DNA of 64,000 nucleotides from Amphiscolops sp. MND2022 (taxonomy: Eukaryota): positions 31,374,001 to 31,438,000 of the forward strand of contig OZ076409.1 in the NCBI GenBank assembly GCA_964187785.1, read 5' to 3'. Below the pieces are notes generated by a model. That model was not told the origin of the DNA and searched no databases. It saw only the letters and a program-made list of their open reading frames with translations. Position numbers and translations under genes: made by a program. Positions 24,701 through 36,700 of the stretch are shown one piece after another; within the stretch, counting starts at the first letter, position 1; every line of letters starts with the position of its first letter.

Positions 24701-27700
24701 GTCAATAAGCTGGCATAGGGTTTTCTTGGCGCAGTCAATGTCGAAAGTAATATCGCGCAAAGTCTCAAAATCTACATCGCTAGTTCTGGGGTAACCAGCT
24801 TTCAAGTACACAGTACCCTGCAGGCACTCCCTGTCTTGATTAGCGTTGACGAACTAGAACAAACCTTCTATTGTTGACTGTCTATGTACCTAATGTCTGG
24901 GCTGCCAATCAACGCGGTTGCCTCGCTGTAGCTTCAACTTCTGCCACAGTACACCTACGGAGACAATTTACACCCTCAGCTTCACTGAATGCATTTTCCA
25001 GGACTGCAAATGCCTCAGAAATGTGGAAAATCCCTTGACTTTTCAAGGACATTTCAATCTGGAATATTTCATACTCTACAAAGTATACTGTGCATCACTG
25101 GTCCTAGGCCATGTTTAAAGTTCATTCTGACAACTTTTGGACAGATCAGTCACAGTGGGTTAACCAATTTATTGTCACTGATTTTATGAAATTATTTCTC
25201 GCTATTAGCGATGCCTTTTATGAAGCCCAATGTTACTCAATTGAAAGTCTAAAATTTCGTACTGTTTCCGAATATTGAAAAGCGTTTGTTTTTGAAATAG
25301 AAATTTTACGAAAGGTTAGTCAATGAATGATTTATGGCTAATTTTATGTATCGATGCTATGGAAATAAAGAAACATGTTCATGAACTGAAAATTTCGTTC
25401 AATCATTCGAATGTGTGCGATATCAAATATTGTTTAAATGAAGTCATCACATGTTAAATCAATATTTGTAAACATTTTTCTAGAACTTTCTGTCTATTCG
25501 TCAGCCATATTTGTGAACAATTTGCTTCTTTTGCAAAGCACTGTTCTAAATTCACTTTCATTTGTTTTCTCAAAACACATACTGATTTCATTCGTCTCTT
25601 TGAACCACGAGTGTTGAAAAAATTTTATTTCACTTCGTAACAGGTTAGTTGAACTTTCCTGTTGTGCGGTAGAGCAAAAATTTGTTGAAAAAAGTTAATT
25701 TTGAAAGGACTGCTTTTTGTTGGGTGACTGAAAAAAGTGATGAAAACGTGAACACAAATCGAGCGGGAAACTTAAAGATGTCAATGAATGAGATATGGCG
25801 AATTTTATATATCACAGCTATGAAATTGAAAGAAACATTAGGTTCTCAATATTCCAATTTTGAATACTGATCGTCCCAGTCCGACAATGTGTCAGTTATA
25901 AATTACATACCCTCTTTGTACACAAAAGTCTCTGAAAGATATTTGAAACGGAAATTGATGAGGATAATTGGCGACAACAGATATTTGACGATCTTGACTG
26001 TCGAATGTTAAACTGAGTTTTATGTGTTTTGAAGTGAATATTTGATTTACTTAAACGTTTCGCACCGTTTTGACATTGTTGAATTGTGTAAATTTGCGCA
26101 CTGTATTGACTAATTTTCAATGAAAAAAGGTTATAATCAAACTAAGGAATGCACAACCACAAAAAACAGCGGATTAAACTCATTTTCAGGATTCTGAAAA
26201 TTTTTTCGACTACTTATGCAATCGTACCTTTTTCACCCGACCTTTCAATGAAAATTTCAAATTCTCAAAAACTGTTCTTATGATTTTTGAGTCCGACAAT
26301 GTGTCAGTAATAAATTATATACCCTCTTTGTACACAAAAGTCTCTGGAAGATATTTGAAACGGAAATTGATGAGGATAATTGGCGACAACAGATATTTGA
26401 CGATCTTAACTGTCGAATGTTAAACTGAGTTTTGTGTGTTTTGAAGTGAATATTTGATTTACTTAAACGTTTCGCACCGTTTTGACATTGTTGAATTGTG
26501 TAAATTTGCGCACTGTATTGACTAATTTTCAATGAAAAAAGGTTATAATCAAACTAAGGAATGCACAACTGCAAAAAACAGCGGATTAAACTCATTTTCA
26601 GGAGTCTGAAAATTTTTTCGACTACTTATGCAATCGTACCTTTTTCTCCCGACCTTTCAATGAAAATTTCAAATTCTCAAAAACTGTCCTTATGATTTTT
26701 GAGTCCGACAATGTGTCAGTAATAAATTATATACCCTCTTTGTACACAGTCTCTGGAAGATATTTGAAACGGAAATTGATGAGGATAATTGGCGACAACA
26801 GATATTTGACGATCTTAACTGTCGAATGTTAAACTGAGTTTTATGTGTTTTGAAGTGAATATTTGATTTTCTTGAACGTTTCCGCCTCGTTTTGGCATGG
26901 TTGATTTGCCTAGATTTCCGCACTGTATTGACTAAATTTCAATTAAAAAAGGTAATCAAACTAAGGAGTACACAACCGCAGAAAGCAGCGGATTAAACTC
27001 CTTTTCAGGAGTCTGAAATTTTTTTCGACTACTTATGTAATTCTACCTTTTTCTCCTGACAGTTCAATGAAAATTGCAAATTCTCCAAAACTGTCCCTAC
27101 GATTTTTTAAAAATAAAATATGGCACAGTCATTTTTCACCCAAAGGTACTCCTGTGTGTGCAATGGCATCAAAATCATACGACTCGCCGCGGTTTCAATA
27201 CTATCCGAATTTTGGAGGTGGAAGTTCGAAAAATTTGCGCTGTATCCGATTTTTTGCGTTATATCCAAACTTTGTTGCGTTTTACGGAGGAGCAAGCGAA
27301 GGTTCGGGAACAAGCAGTTCCATTTATACCACCATGCTATATCCGTACTGTTGACGTTATATCCGAAGTATTTTGCGTTTTACTGAGGAGGAGGCGTAGG
27401 ATCGAAAAATCGCTCGCCTTTGTATCAGGACGCTGTATACGAATTTCTTGAGCGTTTTCCGAGCACGAAACGCACCCTTTGGGTGTTTTGAAACTGTGAA
27501 CTGAGCCTTTTATAAAAATGTCCCGAGCATATTTTAAAAACTTTGCGCTTTTTGAGCCTTAGGTATAGCGCCGACTTTAGACATTTCCCGTTTTGTATCA
27601 TTCAGTGTCTTTAACTCATTTTAGCTCTCTAAAACATTACTTGTATATGTTGCGAAATGTTCATTTTTTTCGGAAGTAGATTTTCTTTCAATTACTAAAT

Positions 27701-30700
27701 CCATCTACTTCAAGACAGTCTCCAATAGAACTTAGCCTAGCTATCAAAATTTGTCGATGTTTTCCAATTGAAAAATGATTGTTTGTACAGCTGATATCAC
27801 ACACATTGGAAACGTCAGTTTTTGCGAAAGTTGATAGTCATTATAATGATGTTGCTGAAGTGAATGTGAAAATTAATCAAAGTTCAAATTTGCTGCTTTT
27901 GAAAAAAAATAAAGAATGCAAAGTCAGCTGGTCATGATGATATCTTTCAGGAGTTTCTTAAGTATGCACCTAAGAAACTGGTTGTTGTGATAACGTAGTT
28001 CTTTTATGCAATTCTTGATAGAGGAAAAGAGCCCGTTTATTGGGCACTTTCAGTGTACTGCTCAATCTTTAAAAAAGGTGATAGAAAAGATATAAATAAC
28101 TACAGAGGAATATCTCTTGCAAATTGTCTAGGTAAATTGTTTACCTCTCTTCTAGCGAAGAGAATTCAAAAAGACCTAGAAAGCAGACGAGCGTTCGGAA
28201 TAGAACAAGGAGTTAGGGAAAGTATGGGGTGCACTGATCACGCTTTTGTCCTTTATACGATAGTCTCATTCTACTTAGCCCAAGGAAAAAGGCCGTTGTC
28301 ACATTCATTGACTGAGAAAGCGTTCGATCGTGAGCTTCATATACGGCTTCATATACGATTAATGGGAAAGTCCTGTCGGTCATAAAGAACCTTTATGAAA
28401 AACAAAAGCGTGTGTAAACGTTGATGGGTCTCTTACTGATGTTTTTGAATGCCGAATAGAGGTAGGCAAGGTGATAATCTATCACCTCTACTCTTCATTG
28501 TTTTTTTTGAAAGACGTCCAAGCCATTGTCTCTTCGAAGTTCACTGGCCTTCAACCTGATGTTTTAGTTCAAATTGTACAATGTATTTCGAAGCTTTTGT
28601 ACTTCTGTATGCGGATGATACACTGCTGTTAACCGAAACAGAGTGACATGCAGAAAGCAGTTGAGGCGACCTTGCAATACTGCAAGCAGAATAGAATGTG
28701 TATGAATATTGATAAAATAAAGTATATGATTTTTTTAGGGGTAAAGTACGGAAAACCGTTCCCATCCTTGCTGATGGTAAAGCACTTGAGCGTGTTGACA
28801 CATTCTGCTACTTGTGATTTGTCTTTCGGTTTAACTATACGTTTCAAACTGCTATGAAATATAACATTGATAAGATTGGTTCTACCGATCTTGATCTATG
28901 GGTGCGAAGTGTGGGGTTTCGAGTTTTCCATAGGAAGTTTCTGCGGCGTGTTTTACGTGTACGGAAGAGTGTCCCAAAAGGTATGATATATGGTGAACTA
29001 GGACGGCAAGAACCTAAATTTGTCATCTGGCTTAGAATGGCTCACTTCTGGAGAAATGTCAATATGCAACATAATTCATTTTCTTGTATACTGTTCCAGT
29101 GGATGAATAACAATAATCAGATAACAGCGTGGCACCAAAAAATAAGGCTAATTTTGATCAACTGTGGTTATAATGCTGATGCAGAATTCAAGAAGTATGT
29201 GAAAGACAGATGCAATGAACTTGCATTTCAATCGTGGCAAGTTATGGTACAACATAACTCGCTCTGTGACAACTACCGACCGTATAAACATCGATTGGAA
29301 CTTGAAACTTACTTGAACTTATTGAAGGGTCCAGCGATATGGAGAATAGTTGACTTCAGATGTGCTTTGTCAGCACACCCCGAAATTGTAATGAGATATC
29401 TAGGACTTCCGGCAGACGAATGTACTCTATGTGGGCTGCCAGGAACTCCAGATGATTACCATCTACTTTTTTGTGTAAAAAGTTTGAAAATAGACATAAG
29501 ATCCTTTTACCAGGACTTCATCACTCATTCCCGAATGTTATCAAGTATGACCAGCTGATGAATACCAATAATATAAAGCTCTTGAAAAGTCTTTCTGTTT
29601 TATGTGGTGCTATCTATGACATGCTTCTACACACTACTACTGAAACAATGTTTAGTTCTTATATTTTGTAAGCCTGCGGGCAACAATTAATAATAGAATC
29701 TTCTGCTTCTTCTTGCGAGATTTTAATAAAAAAATATTGGAGAATACTGGTTCCTCTTGATGATTACGCGAGTTTGAACCGCCTCGTTACTTTTTGGCTT
29801 ACATAGTGAGAAGTGTGAACAACAATACTCTGCTAACCAAAGAGAGTTTCTAAAGCAGAATGAACTAACAAAGCATTTGCCTTTACTTTTCGAATGTCAG
29901 GGCAAACTGGCAAAATTTACATTGAAAGATGCAAGGTTACTCCTTTGCTAAGATTGACGAAAAAGAAAAGATGACCTCAACTAAAATTTTCTCAACTATC
30001 AACGTCATTTTATTCTTCACCAAAGTTGGCTGAATATCGAGGTTTTGCTGTAGCTTTAACCGCTCTGTGAATCTCTGAAACCGTGGTCGAGGTACATGAA
30101 ATGGCTAAATTTTCGATTCGTTTAGCATTTATTGTAACCGGTTCAAAGGATTGTTTCAAACTAATTGGTGCAGTTTATTTTTTCCTTATGGTTGTGACAT
30201 CATATCAACACCATGACCTTCAAACCCACCGCAACATACGGCATTAGACAGAGAGACGTATTTACCAACAAACTCTAATTACTGTCAATTTATGTTGTAC
30301 TACATACATACCATTATTATAGTTTGAGATACTGCTGAATAGTCACTATAAAGATATTAGTCTATTTTCTAGCCTACCCATCTGTTTTTACATTAGAGAT
30401 TGAGAATACAACATGGCGCAGTAACAAGACTTATTTTACCGTAAAACCAAAATTTTAACCGACCAACTACCAATGACAACAACTAAAAACAACATACTAC
30501 TACCATATCTCGAAGATACCGGATTGGACGGGAAAAGGTTATACACACCCAAAGAATGGACCGAACGATTGCGACACTATATAAAACGAATCCACAACAT
30601 CGACATAAAACCGGCACTATCCGGAGAAACAATGCCAACAAGTAACGAATGGACAACAAAAGAACCTGAAATACGACAGGATTTCATCTGGGGAGCAGGA

Positions 30701-33700
30701 CCTTCGGCAATAGAAACAATCACTAAAGGGGAATTCAACACGGACCCCGACACCATCAACACAGAAAAACTTATCCAACTATTCAAAGACTATTATATGC
30801 CAAAACGAAACACCTACCACAGCCGAGGGGATTTCTTCTGGGCAAAACAAGAAGAAAATGAAACACCGGAAGAACACTGGCGGAAACTAGTATCATTGGA
30901 AAAGAACTGCGATTTCAAAGATATTAAACAAGAAGACCTATTAATATCAAAGTTTATCACCAGCATCACCGACAAAAAACTACGGGAAAAACTTATACGC
31001 GAAAAAACACTTGACCTAAAAACAACAATGGACCTGGTAACCCAAGACAGCTACGAAAAACGGCATCGACAATCAACGATACCACCAGCACTGGCGAAAG
31101 AAAAAGAAATAAAAGAAGAACCAATACAGAAAATACAACCACAAAACAAACAAAACCCCCAGAGAAATACCGGCGAAACATCAAAAACCAACAACTGCGG
31201 ATTCTGCGGACAAAAGAATTGGTCACCACTACACAAATGCCCGGCAAAAACGGTAGAATGCAATAACTGCCACAAAATGGGACACTTCGCAAGAGTATGC
31301 CGCAGCAAAAACAACAATACAAGAAAACAAAAGATCAATTATCTCGAAGAAACATACAATGAAGAAGACGAAAGCGAACCGGAAGAAATACAACAAATCA
31401 CACAAATTAACAGAGTATTACCGGATGAAAACGACAATTACGGGATCAAATTGAAAGTTAACGGTAGATACCAAAACTTCACCATCGACACCGGCTCTCC
31501 GGTCACAATAATGCCAAACAACCCAAAATTATACAACCCAAGAGATATCAAACCGCTCAAAGAAAGATACCAGGACGTGAACAAAAACGAAATCAAATTC
31601 CTCGGGAAAATATGGGCAGACATCGAACACAATGGAAAAACCACAAAACTACCGATATTAATCACACAAAGAGACGACATTACACCCCTATTAGGTGTAA
31701 ACTGGCTAAAACGACTACCAATTACCATTAACAAAATTTCATTGGACGAACCTACCAACCAATCAGAAAATATTTACACAAAATTCAACAAGCTATTCGA
31801 AAGCAACCATACAATCAAGAATATAGAAGTAAAGATTCAAATCAAACCAGGATGCTACCCCATACAACAAAAAGCGCGACCGGTACCATACCACCTACAG
31901 AAAGACGTGAAAAACGAACTAGACCGATTAATAAAATCCGGACACCTTGAAAGACTAGAAACAATCGAAGAAGATTGTTTCGTATCACCCGTAGTAATTA
32001 CGGTGAAAAAGGACAAAACCGTGAAAATTGCACTAGATGCACGAAAACTCAACGAAAGCTGTATAAAGAAAAGACCACACATGCCAAACATGGAGGAACT
32101 ATTAAACCAAATATCCGCCGAATTATCCAAGAATGACCACGACCCAATTTGGATATCCGTAATAGACCTCGATTACGCATACGGACAAATGAAACTAGCA
32201 CCAGAAACCAGCAGACACTGCAATTTCGCAATGACAGGCGAAACAATCAATGGATATTACCGATTCCTAAAGGGATTCTACGGTCCAGCAGATATACCAA
32301 CCATCTTTCAAGAGAAGATAGATAGAACTCTGGGACACCAAACACCAGTCTGGCTAGACGACATTATAGTCGTCACACGCGGAACAAAAGAAGAACACAC
32401 CCGAAAACTATATTCGGTACTGACCAAACTGGAAGACGAAGGATATCGGGCAAGCAAGAAAAAATCGAAGTTTTACCAAAAAGAGACGATATGGCTTGGA
32501 CACACGATATCACAAGACGGAATTAGACCAAACAAAGAGAAAACAGACGCAATAAACAAGCTAGAACCACCAACAAACACCAAGACATTAAAGTCATTCC
32601 TCGGAGCAATACAGTATTTTGCAAAATTCATACCGAACCTATCCGAAAAAACAGATAACATGAGACAACTACTCAAGAAGGGAACAAAGTGGGAATGGAC
32701 CACCGAACGAAATTCGGACTTCAACAAAATAGAAAACGAACTAACAACACTGCCCTGCCTTGCACATTACAACGGAAATAAAGAAAATATTGTAACGACC
32801 GACGCCTGCAAAACCGGCTTAGGGATAGCGCTATGGCAAAAACAAGGGAATGGAGAATTAAAACCAATAGCGTACGCCAGCCGCTACCTAAATGATGCAG
32901 AAAAGAAATATTCCATCGGCGAATTAGAGTTACTAGCCGTCGTTTGGGGTTTAGAAAGGTTCCGATTTTATCTGTACGGAAAACAAGTCCAACTATTTTC
33001 GGACCACCAAGCACTAGAACCTCTTTTAAAACGGAACAAAATGAATAAACAATACAGTGCACGGCTAACGAGATGGCTAGACAGACTAAACCACTTCGAC
33101 ATCTGTCTAAAACATACCGCCGGAAAAGAAATCAAATTCACCGATTTTATTAGCCGAAATCCAACCGAAAATCCAGAACCGGAAGAAAATTACGAAGAAG
33201 AATTTGTCATTAACGCCATCGCGCAACTAATTACGGTAAACGCCCGCATAGGACGGATTTTCAACCAATCAAATCTAATGAACACGGATAATGAAACAAA
33301 CATGCTTGGTACGCGCTCGCTAATTGACACGCGGCGTCGACAAACAAACAATAGCCATACCCACTTCAATTACCGCATAGAACAGCACTCCGCTGAAATT
33401 GATAATTCAGAAATGAATAACAACGACAACAACGCACGCTTCTTCCGAATGGACGGCCAATTACGTTACCATTGGGGAGCAGATGATGAAATTATGAACA
33501 TCATCAACAGAAGAGAAAAATCACCCGAAACTACGAATCTAGTAAAGAGAAGAATCGAACTCGCAAGGCCAGGCGCAATGAGGCCACAATGGAACAAGAA
33601 CTTGGGTAGAGAAATCTACATACCAAGAAGACCGGAGGAAGACGAGAGGAGAGAGATAAAGCGCATCGACATACAACTGAAAAGAAAAGAAAGGGAATCC

Positions 33701-36700
33701 CACATTGGCGGAGGCTATTTCCAAAACTTCGGAGATGAAATACCACAAAGGCAGCCACAAGAACAACAACAACCAACCAACAACGAGACAAATAGAGATA
33801 CGGAATCTACCACCTCCAACAACTCCGAAGACGCGGTGGCGACACACGAGCCCGGAGCCTATCCAGCAATACCGGTCCAAGAGTATAGAGACGGACCAAT
33901 AGAGGAAATTGCTGTTCACTATGTGAGAATCAACCGCATAGTTGAACAAAAAGCAAAAAGGAACAAACAACAAGAGGACAACATCAGATCAGCCGAGCTG
34001 GATTTTATGCTGGATCTGGAGACCCTAATCAAAGAAACGGTTGCCGACCCAGACCTCATCGAACTCAATTGCTGCATAGAGGACAATAACATGGAGCAGA
34101 TCCCACAGAACTACAAAACAGTGGCCAAAAAACTAACACACCGGTGGGGCATCATAATGGTCGACGACCGCATCATAATACCGAAGTCATTACGATACGC
34201 AGCCCTAAACGCCCTACATTTTGGACACCCCGGCATCAACAAGATGTGCAACGATGCGGCCATATTCTGGTGGCCGAACATGCGGGAAGATATTGAGAAA
34301 AAGTCGAAGACATGCTCAGCCTGCCTGAATGCCGGTAAGAATCTAAAATTCCAATTACCAACGACCGAGAAAACTAAGATCGAACCACCGGAAAAACCGG
34401 GAGAAGAGATTCAAATAGATTTCACCGGAAATCTACATAACAAGAAACTAACCTCCCACCCTTTTATACTAGTTGCGGTCGACAAAAACAGCCGCTGGCC
34501 GGTGGCAAAAATATGCAAAAATACAAACCACGAAACCGTAATTTCATTCCTGAATGAATACATAAATGTATACGGCGTACCAAAACGAATAAAATCAGAC
34601 AGAGGCGGCGCGTTTATATCCAAAGAATATAAAGAGTTTTGCAGGTCGCAAAACATTGACCGTAACTACGGCACAGCCAACCTACATACTGGCACCGGAT
34701 TGGTCGAACGAACCATCCAATCACTGAAGAACCTAATATTAGCCAACCTTGAAGATGACCAAAACTTACGCGAAAGCGTAAATAGAGCACTATACGTCCT
34801 ACGTTTCACGGTACACTCAGAAACTAAGAAAACCCCCTTTGAATCCCACTTTGGACGCGAACCGAGAACTAAACTACTAAACCTGAAAAACTCTGTTTTA
34901 GTGGACTCCAAAGACCTCTCAGTCTATATCACCCGGAATTCAACCGGAGAAATAACCGACCACCTGGTCATGTCAAAGAAAAAGACGGTGGAGCCCAAGT
35001 TCAGACGGGGCATGACATTCTCACAGACAAAGAAACCGACTAGTTCGGTAAGTACAAACAAATTCCAATATCCTTTCAAATTTTACGAAAAAAACTACAA
35101 GAAAGGATCACTGGAAAGCAAATTCAAAAAAAAAATCCAAACGGCCGTATCAGGAACCAAACATACGGTCACTACCGACAAGAACAAAATACTACACCGA
35201 AAACTAATCTCTAACCCACTACCTTTTCAGCAAGCAACTACAGCACCGATGAAACGAATGAACACCCGCAATAACACAGCTGACCAACCAACATGCTCAA
35301 AAACACTGGATACAACAAACAACAACGGAGCCCCTTGTATCTACAGCCGAAAAGAACCACCCAAACCCACAAGCCACGAAAGAAGTGAAGACTGGATAAA
35401 AAGAAGGGACCCACCAAGAAACAATAAAGGGCAATTTACATCCCCCAATAAAAACATGGAAACCGATCTGAACCTGAGCATCATATCGGATGACGAATTT
35501 GATTGTTATAACAAATCAGAAGGGAAGCCAATTCAGACAAACCCAGACGACGAACTGCAACTGCTCCCAAAAGAAAACAATTTAACCCCGGAACAAGGTA
35601 GATATAAAAAGAAAAACCAAACAAAACCGAAAGAACCGGTCAGAAGATCAAATAGATTACCCTTTGCAAAACAAACCGAAAAATTAGGCGGAGTACCGTA
35701 CCACACAAATAATAATCAGAAAAAATTAACCTATAATGACAATTTATTACAGGAAACAACAACGGAGACAACGGAGAGAAATGAAGAAGGAAACAACCGT
35801 CCAATGCGGAAAGACGAAGAAGAAATCCGTACAATACGGCCATACAAGATGCCACAACAAACTTTCACCGGACCACTCCGGAGGAGGGGGAATGTGACAT
35901 CATATCAACACCATGACCTTCAAACCCACCGCAACATACGGCATTAGACAGACAGACGTATTTACCAACAAACTCTAATTACTGTCAATTTATGTTGTAC
36001 TACATACATACCATTATTATAGTTTGAGATACTGCTGAATAGTCACTATAAAGATATTAGTCTATTTTCTAGCCTACCCATCTGTTTTTACATTAGAGAT
36101 TGAGAATACAACAATGGTAATGTCGACCTTAATTGAGAATCATAACGTCGAAAATTTGAGAATTTTTCAGCCATGAATCGATTTTCTCATCGAACACTCT
36201 CATTTCTGTGATAAAAAAAGATTAATAAAATTAATTTCAAAAATTTGTAGGATTTGAATGTGAGCGAGAACCCGAATTTGACAATGCCTCCAAAGCCTGC
36301 TACGGATGGCATGATTGATCCAAAAGCAGCTATCTTTTATAACATCGATTTCACAGTGGAAGGACAGCTGGCGAAACTGCGTGGGGAGCAGAAAGGCACC
36401 AGCGAGAGTGGAGGTGGCGATATGAGTCATTCTTCGTCAATGGACAACATGGGGGCTGTCAGTGGAACGTTGCGGAGACAGGGTGCGTTTTAAAAATATA
36501 TATTCTAATGTAAAATTGGGTTTAGTAAAGTGTATACTTCCTGTGCACAGGGTTTTGTCCTTCAAACGGTTGTAGTTTTTCAATAGTGGCTCGTTTTGTT
36601 TAAAATTTCATTTTGGTCATCTGTAAGTTTAGGTCGACCTATTGGACTTTGTATCAGAAACAGAACCCCTATTTGGTATTTTTCAAAAGCTTTCTCATTT

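Larger units (their letters stand above)
30193..36113 (+). mobile_element. Intact Ty3/Gypsy LTR retrotransposon
   Basis: 221-bp TG..CA LTRs, 5-bp TSD ATGGT (30188-30192, 36114-36118), PBS, PPT, single ORF. Confidence 0.98.

Noticed and set aside
25896..26923. Three similar 74-84-aa ORFs
   Set aside because: By-product of the ~412-bp tandem repeat; no recognisable domain
30577..35855. Many minus-strand hydrophobic ORFs
   Set aside because: Shadow frames of the A-rich Gypsy ORF
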